This document shows positions 1 to 14,934 of a DNA stretch of 64,000 nucleotides, piece by piece (position 1 is the first letter of the stretch; every line of letters starts with the position of its first letter). Under the pieces are notes generated by a model. The model saw only the letters and a program-made list of their open reading frames with translations, was not told the DNA's origin and did not search any database. The stretch comes from Eledone cirrhosa. Taxonomy: Eukaryota. The stretch spans positions 16,058,001 to 16,122,000 of the forward strand of contig OZ024762.1 in the NCBI GenBank assembly GCA_964016885.1. The letters run 5' to 3'. The position numbers and the translations under genes were made by a program.

Positions 1-370
1 GTCCTCTTGTCTGTATTTAGCTGGTATAGCTTTCACAGGGCCTCTGTCTGTGTTATGTATGGCCCTCGCAGGTCCTCTGTATCTAGCTTGTATGGCCTTC
101 CCAGGTCCTCTGTCTGTATATAGCTTGTATGGCCCTCACAGGTCCTCTGTGAAATATGGCTGTCACAGGTCCTCTGTCTGTATATAGCTTGTATGGCCTT
201 CAGAGGTCCTCTGTTATATATGGCCCTCAGGTCCTCTGTTATATATGGCCCTCACAAGTCCTCTGTCTATGATATATATGGCCCTCACAGGTTCTCTGTA
301 TAAGTTATGTGTGACCCTCACAGGTCTTCTGTATAGGTTATATGTGGCTCTTACAGGTCCTCTGTCTATG
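1..370. repeat. Degenerate ~30-40-bp minisatellite
   Basis: tatggccctcacaggtcctctgt core repeated about 10 times. Confidence 0.8.
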
Positions 371-2650
371 AATGGTTTGTATTGGCATCACAAACCATTA
401 ACTGACACTGTTTCCTTAACAATCGAAGGTAGCTATCACCTCTGAAGGGCTTCTTCTCTCTCTAAAAATGGAGGGTAGCAGGTTATATGGAGTGTGATAC
501 TACATGGTAGCAAGGTGTCGATCTCGAATGTGAAAGATTAGTAATTGTTAAGAAAGAAATAAAGTGTGATCCATTGGATGTGATGTTAATGTGTGTGAGT
601 AACAGAGCAGAAATAAAGTTGGGGGGGGAGGGGATGTTGGATGTTAAAGAAATGAGGGGGAATGCCATAATTATTGTCATCATTTATTGACTGTTTTCCC
701 TGTTAGCAACAGTTGGACATGTCATCACAGCAGACAGATCTGTATTCAAGCGAAGCCACTGACTCATGAGGGCCAGCGGCAACGTTCAATCCTTCACTCT
801 ACCGAGTTCATTTTATCGTGGCACAAATACCAAGTTATGTCCTTAACTCATTTGAGGAGTTCTCCTGACCCTTTGTTTAGCAGGTTGTTTTTAAATGGTT
901 GGATGCCCTTCCTGTCACTATGCAAGAAAGAAAACAGCATTGATTACAGGAATGTGATGCCGGTTGTATAAAGAAGTTTTGAGCTCTTGAAAATGGATGG
1001 GATCTGAGAGGCTTAGGAAGGCATGAGGTGACAAAGTACTGAGGGCAGATCTTGTAAGGCTGAACCTGATGGAAGAGATGACAAAGAAGCACAAGGATTG
1101 GTAGCATACAGTAATAGTAAAGACCAAGCCATTAGTTAGTGTAAATATACTATAGCAGTGAGAATAATGATGGTGCACTCTGTTGTTAATTGTATTCCTG
1201 TTAGGTCTCCAACTGTGGCCCTCATCTTACCTTCATATCTACCACTCACCCTCTCTTTTCTGTCACTCTACCATGCTGCTTGTGTAACAAAGGAATAGCA
1301 TTTGATCTGTCTGTATGGCTATGTGGTTAAGGCATTTGCTCTGCAAGTATGTGCTTTTGGGTTTCACTCTCACTGTGTGACACTTTGGGCAAGTGTCTTC
1401 TACCTTAGCCTCGGGTTAACTGATGACTTGGGAGTAAGATCTTTGGCAGATGGAAATTGTGTGTGTAACATAACAATTTGACAACACATTAAATATTCTA
1501 ACCAAACTTATCAATTAGCTAGCCTTGATATAAAAAATATTTCTCCATAGTGTTGGTGATCTACACGATAAATGCACCCAGTACATTCTGTAAAGTGGTT
1601 GGTAATAGGGAGGGCATCCAATTGGAAAACATGCCAAGCAAAGGGTCAGGGGAGCCGGTCAGCTATGTCAAAGTCATGACAACCTCCCTCGTGTTGGTGA
1701 TATTCACAATAAATGCACAAAGTACATTTTGTAAAGTGGTTGGTGATAGGGAGGGCATCCAGCTGTGGAAAACCTGCCGAACGAACGGCTGGGAAGACCC
1801 TTCTGCCATTTTAAAGTCACGACAGCCTTCCTAGTGCTATGATAAAATGCACTCAGTAGAGTGCACGACCGTAAGTATGATGGAGGCACCCCAGCCCATC
1901 TGATAAGTCAGTAGCCATTGACTTGGTCTGTGAAGACTCATCCAACCTTTGCTAGTAGGGAAACCAGATAATGATGTTGCCGGTGATTACACCTTTGTTA
2001 AGGGAGCTGTTCCCACTCTTTTTCTAGGAAAATCACTTTACCAACAACCAGTGTGTAGTTGTTATCCCTCTCTCTCTCTCTCCCATTACTTACCCCCCCA
2101 ACCATATTATCACTGTTCTCCCTCTACAGTTACTTATGTTCACACTTTCGATATAATGATTAAAACCCTCAGGTATACATAACCAACACCCCAGGATTCA
2201 CATATACAGTGTAGGAGATACTATTAGGTACTACACTAGAAACAACACCACCAAAAACCATACTGCACATACCCGAGGCACACACGGCCGTGCTCAGTAA
2301 TGCAGAAACGACATAAAATAAGACTAAATATTTAATAATAATAACACTGAGAGAACCTTTAGTCTTGCAAGGGACAAGGCCACGTCGTTGGTGATATTGC
2401 CATGATGAAATGCACCCAGTGCACTCTGTAAACTTGTTGGTGTTATGTAGGGCTTTTAGACACACACACACACACACACATATATATGTATAAGTTGTAA
2501 GGGAATCACTCTGTCATTACCATAACAGAAGTCCGGTGAGCTTTTGATTCCAGAGTCGGGCCCGATCGATACAGATCGAACTTTGAGCTGATCGATAGCG
2601 AAACGCGCGTCACACCTCAATAAATGTAATGAAAACTTAACACCTCGTCC

Positions 2651-2689
<39 letters not shown>

Positions 2690-3665
2690 ATAATAAATGT
2701 AAAAACTAAAATCCAAAGCGGGCTTGATAAGGATAAATATATATCAAACATATAAGAACCCTAGAGCAAATATATTTTCCGTTCATTGCCAGGGAACGTC
2801 TTCACGAACCAAAGTATCGTCTTCCTGTTTTCCTTCGGTTCCAACGTTTTTCGAAATATTTACTTCTGCGTCCACAGATTGATTTTTTTTTTAGTTTCAG
2901 AAGATCCCGTTGAGGGTGAAAGCAACGATTCTTTGCTTAAACTTTAATCTGTTATTTTAATATACATATATATATTTCCCCAGCTCTAATATGGCAAAAA
3001 ATAGAAGGCATGAGCGGGACATATTCTTCCAGCTTGTCTCCTACAGCAGTAACTCTAAATAAGAATCGATATGAACTATGATATCCCATCTAAACCAGGC
3101 CATGGTCTGCCCGTCTGTCTATCTGTCTATCTACCTATCAGTATAGATGTTGGCTTGTAGATTTTATAGATATAAGAATAACAAATATTTACTGATAGGG
3201 TGGTAACTGGATTTAAATATGTCATATGAATCTTGGTTGAGGGTTTACTCGAGTTTCGCGAGGTTCCAGTCAACCAAGGTATATACATGACATGCTTACG
3301 CATATGTATGTGTGTGTGTGTGTGTATATATGTATGAGTGTGTGTGTATATATATATGTATGTGTGTGTATATATATATGTGTATGTATGTGTGTGTGTA
3401 TATATATGTGTATGTATGTGTGTGTGTATATATATATATATGTGTATGTATGTGTGTGTATATATATATGTGTATGTATGTGTGTGTATATATATATATG
3501 TGTATGTATGTGTGTGTATATATATGTGTATGTATGTGTGTGTGTATATATATATATGTGTGTGTATATATATATATGTGTGTGTGTGTGTATATATCTG
3601 TGTGTGTGTATATATGTGTGTGTGTGTGTGTGTATATGTGTATATATGTATGTATATATATATAA

Positions 3666-3696
<31 letters not shown>

Positions 3697-4024
3697 TACA
3701 TTATTTGCTGCTCCCAACCCCAATATTAGTCAATATTGTAAATGTTTTATATTGTATATATTTAAATGTATGTATGTATGAACGAATCTCTCTCTCTGTA
3801 TATATTTAGTTATTTATATATATATATATATATGTATATATATGCAAACACACACACACCCCGAGAGATAAACACAAAGTTCGATACAGACGATCGATTA
3901 TATATATATATGTACCAGGTAATGATAGTGAAAGTGTTTTGCCCTAGCCTGACCGTAGTTCAATGGTTACTGAAACTAGCACAAAGAAAAAAATAGCGTA
4001 TAAAGAAATTGTAACACTGCATGC

Positions 4025-4133
<109 letters not shown>

Positions 4134-4177
4134 TAAAATAACAGATTAAAGTTTAAGCAAAGAATCGCTGCTTTCAC

Positions 4178-4263
<86 letters not shown>

Positions 4264-4486
4264 ATATATATACATGTGTGTATATATATATATATATATA
4301 ATGCTGCGTGCGTATACATAGGTGCATACATGAAGCCAGTATCAGAAATAATGTATAATACACTATATTTCCACGGAATGGATGCCGACAGTTCGGTTCT
4401 GCTAGTAATTAAGAATGGTTGCATAAATTATATACATACATCCAGCATTTTTGTTGTATGTATGTATGTGTGTGTATATATATATA

Positions 4487-4534
<48 letters not shown>

Positions 4535-4710
4535 TGTGTTGTGTATATAAATGTGTGTGTGTGTATATAAATGTGTGTGTGTGTGTGTATAAATATATAA
4601 ATATTAGTGTGTGTATAAAATGAGTCAAGATTAGATCAATTATCAGATACAGGGTATTAATTACTATGGCAATTTGTAGTGTATAATGGTTGGGAGTGTA
4701 TGTGTGTGTG

Positions 4711-4748
<38 letters not shown>

Positions 4749-4833
4749 CTCTCTGCGTGCATACATATATATAGAGACAGATACACAATGCATATGTGTA
4801 TGTATATTATAAGTTTGCGTGTAGACGTGTATG

Positions 4834-4867
<34 letters not shown>

Positions 4868-5014
4868 ATATGCATTCTGTGTGTATCTGCCTCTCTCTGT
4901 GTATACACACATACTATATGCATTCTGTGTGTGTCTCTGCCTCTCTCTGTGTATACACACAAACTTATAATATACATACACATATGCACATAATTATGTC
5001 CACACACACATATA

Positions 5015-5114
5015 CAGGGTGTCCCTCAAACATATATACACTCTGATTACATGTACAGGCATTATTTGTTAGAATGCTGTTGAAGTGTGCGTACATTTTT
5101 TTGGGGACACCCTG
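5015..5114. mobile_element. Short Tc1/mariner-like MITE (CAGGGTGTCCC TIR); further copies at ~9341-9415, 26991-27066, 28096-28170
   Basis: TA-cagggtgtccc...gggacaccctg inverted termini lying in TA/TG microsatellite. Confidence 0.7.
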
Positions 5115-6260
5115 TGTGCGTGTGTATATATATATATATATGTGTGTGTGTATATCTATATATATATGTGTGTGTGTATGTATATATATATGTGTGTGAC
5201 GTTAAACGATGATGATGATGATGATGATGTGTGTATCAAGCTCCCCTGAACGGAGGAAGTAGTCATTAAAAAAAATATATTTTCTTTTTTAAATCTAAAA
5301 TGGAGGCGTCTAGACAGCAGCTTGCAGTGATGATGATGATTTCGTTTCTATTGGCCCCAGGGCCCAATACATTGGGGGTGGGTGGGGGTGCAAGGAGGAA
5401 TTACAACACAATGAAAGGGGTGGAGGGTGAATCGAGTTTTAAAAAAAAATGTTTCGAAATAAAAAAAAAACAAAAAAAAACATTAAGGGCAACAATAAAT
5501 TTCCAACAAGAAAAAAAATATATTCCCCAATTGAGGGTGGGTGAGAGGTGGTGGTGACCCCTCCTTAGGGTAATTGGGGGTTGAAAACCCCATACATACT
5601 ACTACCACTACTTACAATAATTGTTTCTGCATTTGGCACAAGAGCAGCAATTTGAAGGGAAAGGGGAAAACCGATTAAATTAAGGGGTGGGGTGACCTCC
5701 CACTAGGGTAATTCGAGGAGAACACCCCATACATACTACTACTAATAATGGTTTCTGATTTAGGTACAAGGCCAGCAAATTTGGGGGAGGGGAAAGTCGA
5801 TTAAATCGACCCCAGTCTGTTACTGGTACTTTATTTTATCATCGAACCTGTAGGGATGAAAAATAATTGTTTCTGCATCTGGCGAAAGGCCGGTAATTTG
5901 AAAGGAAGGGGAGAGCCCGTTAAACTGACCCCAGTGTGTTACTGGTACTGTATTTTATCGACCCCCTGTCCCCCTCAAAACAATGAAAGCTTCAAGGGTT
6001 TACATAAAGATCGAAGACGATATAATGTTTTGGTTTACAGAAAAAAACGTGTAAGTTTTCTTATAGTTTAGACACGAGGCCATCAATTTTTAAGGAAGTG
6101 TCGGGTGGATGTGTGATGATGGTGGTGAACATGATGGTATTTTATTTTATCGATCTCTGGAATGATCAAAATGGCCAAAGTTAATCTCGTGTAGGATTTG
6201 AACTCAGAACGTAAACGAACCGGAACAAATACTGCACTATATATATATATATATATATAT

Positions 6261-6455
6261 ATAGGAACCAGTAAGACCCCGACGGCTGAGCTCAAGCCGT
6301 TTCGACGGCTAATTCTGGTCCAGAATTAGCCGTCGAAACGGCTTGAGCTCAGCCGTCGGGTTCTTACTGGTTCCTATTACCCACTCTACTACCCCAAGTA
6401 TTGAGTACTTTGGTGCGTTATGGTCCACCTGGTTCCTTACCACATTTCCTTCGTT
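6261..6455. mobile_element. Palindromic insert family P (probable Penelope-like element end with inversion)
   Basis: Near-perfect ~58-bp inverted arms (6261-6377) plus a one-sided tail, flanked by (TA)n. Homologs at 7172-7370, 8718-8925 and 30976-31188. Confidence 0.6.
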
Positions 6456-6496
6456 ATATATATATATATATATAACCAAAAGTTAAACAATTTATA

Positions 6497-6562
6497 TATT
6501 TTATCTGATGAGGACGTACTGAAAAAACAGCACAGTACCTCCGAAATATATATAATAATAAA
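6497..6562 (+). ncRNA. Type I hammerhead-ribozyme-like motif (Penelope-element type), family A
   Basis: ttttat-CTGATGA-ggacgtactg...cagtacctcc-GAAA-tatataTA-ataat. Core boxes, paired stem II and a minimal palindromic stem III are present; stem I has a mismatch. Confidence 0.6.
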
Positions 6563-6940
6563 AAATATATTTTGATTACGTGTATGTCTACATTTATTAA
6601 TATTTTGAATTAATATATATATATGTGTGAATGAAGTAATTCCGTCGGAAAAGTCCAGGAAAAAAGAGTGCTCTATGTAGGTAACAGAGCTTAATTATCC
6701 AAATTCAATAAACAAATCAGGATTTTTTCATTCTGAGGATTGAAAGCAAAACCTTTTGCTTTTAAGAAACCACTGGTAAATGGAATAATTGCCTTATGTT
6801 GTTTATTACATAATAATATTAATATATATATATATATATATATGGTGAACCTACAGTAACTGGACGTTACATTATTTTTATCTAAAGACATTTTTTCCAA
6901 TTTCATCCCGCCCATTCCCTCAATCTATCTTATTTCTCAT

Positions 6941-6976
6941 TCTTCTGATGAAGGACTAACGTCCGAAACGTTAAGA
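6941..6976 (+). ncRNA. Minimal type I hammerhead-like motif, family B
   Basis: tctt-CTGATGA-a-ggac(taac)gtcc-GAAA-cgTT-aaga. Stem I is tctt/aaga and stem II is ggac/gtcc. Confidence 0.62.
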
Positions 6977-7060
6977 CCCACTTCCTGCTATATCAAGCGT
7001 TAACCTAATATATCACTTCCATATACTGTACTGATTGTGTTGTTATTTGTGTTTACCTTT

Positions 7061-7370
<310 letters not shown>

Positions 7371-7630
7371 TATATATATATATATACATACAATATATTA
7401 ATAAATGGAAACTATATTTATAAAACCATATTTATTTTATACATATTTCAAGGGCAACCAAGGCAAATTATGGTGCGCTTTCATCAGATAAAATAGATTT
7501 GTTTTATAAATAAATATTGACATACCCGGAAAAAAAGACAACCTTAACGGTTGGAGCTTCCTGGATTGTGGAGATAATATTTTATTGAGGGTAATACAAT
7601 GTTATGAGTGAGTATGCAAATGAGTGTCTG

Positions 7631-7696
7631 TATTTTATCTGATGAAAGCGCACCATAATTTGCCTTGGTTGCCCTTGAAATATGTATAATAAAATA
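7631..7696 (+). ncRNA. Type I hammerhead-like motif, family C (inverted copy at 7431-7495)
   Basis: tattttat-CTGATGA-aagcgcacca...tggttgccctt-GAAA-tatgtaTA-ataaaata, with a perfect 8-bp stem I. Confidence 0.72.
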
Positions 7697-7828
7697 AATA
7701 TGGTTTTATAAATATAGTTTCCATTTATTAATATATTGTGTATTTACTCCACTAATTTGTTGAGTGCTTTATATCAGTTATAAAAAATGTTTAAGCTTGT
7801 TGAATCCCAACAAATTAAATATAACCTC

Positions 7829-7867
<39 letters not shown>

Positions 7868-7870
<3 letters not shown>

Positions 7871-8175
7871 GTCTTATATGCAGTTATTTATATATGGTCT
7901 TATATGCAGTTATTTATATATGGTCTTATATGCAGTTATTTATATATGGTCTTATATACAGTTATTTATATATGGTCTTATGCAGTTATTTATATATGGT
8001 CTTATATGCAGTTATTTATATATGGTCTTATATGCAGTTATTTATATATGGTCTTATATGCAGTTATTTATATATGGTCTTATATGCAGTTATTTATATA
8101 TGGTCTTATATGCAGTTATTTATATATGGTCTTATATGCAGTTATTTATATATGGTCTTATGCAGTTATTTATAC
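7868..8175. repeat. ~12 x 26-bp minisatellite
   Basis: Unit tggtcttatatgcagttatttatata. Confidence 0.9.
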
Positions 8176-8358
8176 ATATATTATGTATATTTTATGAACA
8201 TTTTCTAATGAAATCGGAAGTTATTTGTTTATGGCGACACGATTCTCTAACTGAAATAGGTGCAGGCACGTGCACGCATGCACACACTTGCACATAGATA
8301 CACACACACCCACACACACATATATATAGTCGCACACCACACTCAAGCTTGTGTGTGA

Positions 8359-8399
<41 letters not shown>

Positions 8400-8717
8400 T
8401 TTATCGCGGGTTCAATCGGGAGTAACCACAGTAAGTAAGGTACTCAATACAAAGCAGAGTATAAATGTTTAATATAGAAAAGGCTACTACAGGACTAGAA
8501 CTGTTTCATTCGTGAGAAATCATCAGGATGATTTCTCACGAATGAAAGTTCTAGTCCTGTAGAAGCTTTTCTATATTAAATATATATATATAGGGTGTCC
8601 CCCTAAAAATCTATACACACTTCAACAGCATTCTAATCAGAGTGTATATATATTTATAGTGGCATGCATGTATAATAGTCATAATACATGAACATATAGT
8701 TAAATATATATATATAT

Positions 8718-8925
8718 ATAGGAACATGTTTAACCCCGACGGCAGAGCTCAAACCGTTTCGACGGCTATTTTTGGACTCTAAAGTCCAGAAATAGCCGTC
8801 GAAACGGCTTGAGCTCTGCCGTCGGGGTTAAACCTTTTCCTATTACCCACTATACTACCCTAAGTATTGAGTACTCTGGTGCGTTATGGTCCATCTGGTT
8901 CCTTACCACACCTCCTCCTTCGTTA
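8718..8925. mobile_element. Palindromic insert family P
   Basis: Inverted arms 8718-8843 with the same tail, flanked by (TA)n. Confidence 0.6.
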
Positions 8926-9284
8926 TATATATATATATATATAGATGGGAGAGAAAGAAATCAAAAACCACATATAGAGGACTGCATGTGTTTTATCTTC
9001 ACACACCGTTATATATACACAAACACACGCACAATATATATATATATACACACACACGAATGTGTAGTGGCACGCCACAATCGTGTTTCACTCTACACAG
9101 ACAGCAAGCACTCAGTTCTGATTCGTCTCTAGACATGCTAAACTTCACCCCGTCTCCAACACAGTTGTGTGTTAACTCACCTCCATACGTATACACAAAC
9201 ACGCCAGTGAGGCAGGGTGTGTATATATATAAAATATATATATATAATATATTATATTATATGTCACTAACCTCGATCAATAAA

Positions 9285-9338
<54 letters not shown>

Positions 9339-9413
9339 GACAGAGTGTCCCCAAAAATGTATACATACTTTCATTAGAATACTAAAGTATGTATTCATTT
9401 TTTTGGGACACCC

Positions 9414-9458
<45 letters not shown>

Positions 9459-9800
9459 TGATATTCGTTTGTCTATATTTATTTATATTTTTTATATTTA
9501 TATTATATATATATATTATATATATACATGTATACATACACATTACGTGGTGTCCCCCCCCAAAAAAAATGTATACACACTTTGATTACCTGTACAGGCA
9601 AGTGTGTATACATTTTTGGGACATGCTGTGTATGTTATATATATATAAAATGTTGATTTTCGTTTGTATATATTTATTTATATATGTTATATAGACATTT
9701 ATACATACACACGCATGTATATATATATTATATATACAGTATACTAGTATACACACACATATGTATCAATTATATATTTTCCTATATATCAATATTTCAG

Positions 9801-9841
9801 GATGGCAGAGATGGAGCTTTGGAAGTAACAGACACCATTAG
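9801..9841 (+). CDS. DOT1L: DOT1L coding exon (41 bp; DGRDGALEVTDTIR)
   Basis: tttcag| acceptor and |gtaagt donor. The translation resembles human DOT1L DKHHDAAHEIIETIR. It ends in phase 2 (ag), and the first base of exon 50206 completes the codon AGG (Arg). Confidence 0.8.
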
Positions 9842-11759
9842 GTAAGTCTAAAATGCACTCACATACACACACACAGACAGGCGCACATACACATACTAGC
9901 ACACGCACACACAGACAAGCGCACATACACATACTAGCACACGCACACACATACACACACAGACAGGCGCACATACACATAGTAGCACACACACACACAT
10001 ACACACACAGACAGGCGCACATACACATACTAGCACACGCACACACATACAGGCGCTCACACACATACTAGCACACGCACACACATACACACACAGACAG
10101 GCGCACATACACATAGTAGCACACGCACACACATACTAGCACACGCACACACATACAAGCGCACATACACATACTAGCACACGCACACACATACATTGAG
10201 GCAGGCGCTCACACAGACACACACCCTTGCAGAAGACTGGCACGCACGCACACGTACACACCCTTACAGCCTCCGACAGATGCTCGCACACTTAGAGACA
10301 AGCAGACGCTCTCACACACATACACACCATTAGAGATTCACACGCACACTCTTACAGACGGGCACGCACGCACGCACACATACACAGATGCTTTCACCGA
10401 CACACAGACACGTGCTTGCGAGCACACACACAGACGCTCTCACCCGCACGAACGCGCTTTTACACGCGCGCACACACACACGCGCAGATGCACAGGCTCA
10501 CAAACGCAGACACACACAGACAGATGTACGCGCACACACAAACACATTATGAATGAATCGATGTCTCTCACTGGCCACCACCTCCACCACCTTTTCACTG
10601 TCTTACTCTCCTTACTCTCTCTCTCTCTCTATATATATATATATCAGTTTCTCTCACAATCTCTCTTTGTATGTCTCAGTGTGGTTCTCTTTCTCTCGCT
10701 TTTACTCCCCCCCCCCCACTTTTTTACTACGTCTCTCTCTCTATCTCTCACCCCTCTAGCTATATATATATATATGTATACCCCTTCTGTCAATTATCTC
10801 CTTTCTCTCTCTCTATCTCCCTGTCCCTTCTTTCTAATATTCTACACTCACTATCTTTATCCTTCATCTTTATTCTTCATTTTTAGGGAGGCTTTAATTC
10901 TGACCCTTGAAGTCACACACACACATTCTCTCTCTCTCTCTCTCTCAAACATTATGCACCTCTCTCTCTCTGTGCCTACCTTTCTCTCCCTCTGTCACTG
11001 CGCCATCTACTCCTCCTCTTTCCCCCTCACTTTCTTTGTTTCTATCTAGTGCCATGCCTCCCTCACCTGCCCACTCTCACTGTTTTATCACCCTCTTACT
11101 CTAATATTATTTCTCTCTCTCTCTCTCCCTCTCTCCCTCCATCTCCTCTTCCTCACTCTACCTATGAGAGTTTGATAGAGAGAGTGTGTGACAGACAGAC
11201 AGACACACACACACATACAGAAAGATAGGTAGACAGATAGATGACAGGAGAGAGAGAGTGTGTGACAGACAGATGACAGAGAGAGAGAGACTGTCTTTGA
11301 CAGAAGAAAGCATTTTTCAACATTTGTCCCCTCTCTTCCATCATTTTCCACTTTTGTTTTACATTATATTCCATGCATTTTAAATAAACATTTTCAAAGA
11401 TTTGTTTTTAAGTTTAATTGTTTCTACGTTAGGCACAAGGCCAGCAAATACCCAGTGTATTACTGGTACTTTATTTTATCGACCCCGTAAGGATGAAAGG
11501 CAAAGTTAAACTCGGCGGGATTTGAACCCAGTTTTTAAGTTTAATGATATCCTAATGTTAGTGTATGTATGTATCTGAGTGTGTGTGTGTGTGACAATTA
11601 AAAAAACCCACAGTCCAGTCCAGTGAGTTCAAATCCCGCCGAGGTTAACTTTGCCTTTCAACCTTACGGGGTCGATAAAATAAAGTACCAGTAATACACT
11701 GGGATAATTGCTGGCCTTGTGCCAAAAATAGAAGCAATTATTATAGATGTTAGTGTGTG

Positions 11760-12290
11760 GTCATGAATCTTGGGTAACAAACGAAACAATATGATCGCAA
11801 ATACGAGCAGCCAAAATAGGATTCCTCTGAAGGGTCTTTGGAATAATGTTACTTGATACAGTACGTAGCTCGGAGATCAGAGAGTCACTCCAGGTAGAGC
11901 TGCTACTTCTCTGATTTGGGAGATCACAGCTCTGATACTATGGACATGTGGTTAGAATGTCTCAGGAAAGAATCACTGGACAGATTTGTAGTTTGGAGAT
12001 CAGAGAGTCACTTCGGGTAGAGCTGCTACTTCTCTGAATTGAGAGATCACAGCTCTGATACTATGGACATGTGGTTAGAATGTGTCAGGAAAGAATCACT
12101 GGACAGATTTTACAGGCAAAACAAACAGGCAGGGGACCCAGGGGTAGACTCCGAGCAAGATGGTTGGATAACATCCATGAGCTTGGCTGGTCATGCTTGG
12201 GGATCCAACCGGATTGACAGCACCCACTGGAAGAAGTGTTTGAGGACTCTGCCCCCACGACTCTCTGGAATATGTGGACAAGGAGGCAGT
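11760..12290 (+). mobile_element. RTE-like LINE 3' fragment with a 123-bp internal duplication
   Basis: Encodes degenerate IRESLQVELLLL.IERSQL.YYGHVVRM..P.GRP-like sequence. Same family as 36620-38570. Confidence 0.75.
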
Positions 12291-12613
12291 GTATATATCT
12301 GAGTGTGTGTGTGTGTGTGTGTGTGACAATTAAAAACCACAGTGCAGTCCAGTACTATTATTATTATAGAGGTGGATTGGCAGTATCGGTAGAGGGTCAG
12401 ACGCCATGCTTTGGAGCATAGAGTTACCTCCCTTTATGATCTGAGTTCAAATCCCGCCGAGGTTAACTTTGCCTTTCATCCTTACGGGGTCAATAAAATA
12501 AAGTACCAGTAATGCACTGGGGTAATTGCTGGCCTCGTGCCAAAAGTAGAAACAATTATTATTATAGATGTTAGGGTATGTATCTCTATATAGATTTGAG
12601 TGACTTCGATTTG

Positions 12614-12908
12614 TTGTCACACTGTGGAAAAGGAGGTAAAAGAGTGGTGAAAAAAGTAGAGCAAAACAGCTGCTGGCGGTCCATTTGCTACGCTGTGTGT
12701 ATGTGTGTGTATGTGTTGTCACACTGTGTGGAAAAGGAGGTAAAAGAGTGGTGAAAAAAGTAGAGCAAAACAGCTGCTGGCGGTCCATTTGCTACGCTGT
12801 GTGTATGTGTGTGTATGTGTTGTCACACTGTGTGGAAAAGGAGGTAAAAGAGTGGTGAAAAAAGTAGAGCAAAACAGCTGCTGGCGGTCCATTTGCTACG
12901 CTGTGTGT
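12614..12908. repeat. 3 x ~105-bp tandem repeat
   Basis: gttgtcacactgtggaaaaggaggtaaaagagtggtg...ccatttgctacgctgtgtg occurs three times. Confidence 0.85.
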
Positions 12909-13498
12909 GAGTGTATGTGTGTGTATGTCTCTGTGAGTATGTATTGTTGGGTCTCGGCGTTTGCGTGTTTATATTTATATATTCATACTTATAAATGTAT
13001 CCCTATGCACATGCACACATGTATACATATAGACATTAGTGTGTAACCCCCCAAGTCATGATAGCTGTTGATGACCTATTGATATATAATTGTTTCTACT
13101 TTTGGCACAAGGCCAGCAATTACCCCAGTGCATTACCGGTACTTAATTTTATCGACCCCCCTAAGGATGAAAGGAAAAAAGTTAAACTCGCCGGGATTTG
13201 AACTCAGAATGGCAAGGGCCGTAACTCTATGCGTCAAAGCATGGCGTCCGACTCTCTGCCGATACTGCCAACCCATTGCCCATTTGATATATAATATCTA
13301 TATGTAGCTTTGTTTGATATTTCTCAATGACACTGACATTGAAAGTTGTCATTCTAGTCCTGTCATCCTTTGGTGATTAATGAGATGAGGATGGAGGATA
13401 AAGGGGGGGGAGGGAGGAGGGGCAGGATGATAAGTGTTAAACTAATATATTTCTTCTGTGTACTGTGCTGGTTGTTTTGTTATTTCTGTTTACCTTTT

Positions 13499-13565
<67 letters not shown>

Positions 13566-13737
13566 AGTAGGAGTGGTATTTAATTTGTTAGAAGTCCGAC
13601 AAACATAAATGTTTACAACTGATTTAGAGCACCCAACAGGTTACCGGAGTAAATATTCAATGATATTAAATAAATGGAAACTACATATGATAAAATAAAT
13701 ATGGTTTTATAAATATAGTTTCCATTTGTATATATGT

Positions 13738-13772
<35 letters not shown>

Positions 13773-14622
13773 TTTACGTTCGCTTTTCCCTGCTTGCAAG
13801 GGTGGGACGGGAACTGATTCTGGCTTGATTTCTACAGCTGGATGCCCTTCCTAACACCAACCTCATTTACAGTGATATAAGAGCGGTGCTTCAGCATGGC
13901 CTCAGTCGGATGGCTGGAACAGGTAAAAGAGTAAGAAAACAAATGGCACAGGTGTCTCTCAAATGTAAATTGTTCCAGACGCTCTGCTTCAATCTGTCCT
14001 CTTCTGTATCAGGAACTGACAAACCTAGCTCCTTCCACTGTAGTAGAGCTTCATCCACCTCCCCTGCTGGAGATAGTCCATGTTGGAAAGGAGCAGATGT
14101 TACCCATCAGAGGTGAGCAGACATATATGGTTCGGGGTAGGAGGGGGGGGGGGAAGAAGAAGGGAATCAAGGAAGAGAGAGAGAGAGCCGAACATTGAGA
14201 TAAACCCATGAATCGTTTGAGCAACAACCAAGGCTGGTCATGGGGCCTCGGAGAATGTTTGATGTTAACCAAACTTTCTCATCTCCCAAACAAATAAAGT
14301 CAACAAAACCTTAGAGGGATAACAAGAATTTATGCGAGGGATATTAGCCCTGAGGATGTACAGGAACCAACAGGTTCACTGAATGAATGAATGGTGAATT
14401 CTTGACTTGTGAAGATTAGTGGAAAGAATTGTTGTCCTGTTCCGTCCAGTGACATACCCTGGGGTGGCTGTAGTGGCCAATCCTGGACCTGCAGGTTCTG
14501 GTACAGTTGGGGTAACTTGGTAGTTGGGTGGCGGACAGCTTTCTTCTTTAATGTTTGTCTTCAGCAGACACCTTCCTGCCCTCCTCACAGCTGGCTGGAT
14601 GGTCACTCTCAATTTCTCTCTG

Positions 14623-14934
14623 TGGCTTTCAACTGATTGATCACCCTCTCTATTCTCCTGATTTGGCCCCACCTGACTATCATCTGTTCTCCAACTTGAA
14701 AAGAACTTGGCTCAGAACCAGTATCGCAGTGATGATGATGTCATATCTGCTGTCGATGGCTTTTTTTTACCGACAGGATGAAGGCCGCTTCACCAATATG
14801 ATAAAAGTACTGTAGCATCGATGGAAGAAGTGTGTGGACCACAAGGGGGACTATGTTGAAAAATAAACCTAATTTGGTTACATTCCATGAGAGTATCTTG
14901 GTCAGCCTATGAACTTTTCAGTTGACCGTCCGTC
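14623..14934 (+). mobile_element. Mariner transposase 3' fragment with terminal repeat
   Basis: Contains the HPLYSPDLAPPDYHLFSNLK motif and ..RWKKCV..KGDYVEK*, followed by an end sequence shared with the fragments at 34370-34540 and 50396-50585. Confidence 0.85.

Noticed and set aside
2545-2625. Hammerhead at gcGAAACgcgcGTC
   Set aside because: The stem III looks PLE-like, but there is no intact CTGANGA box or clear stem I, so it was not counted.
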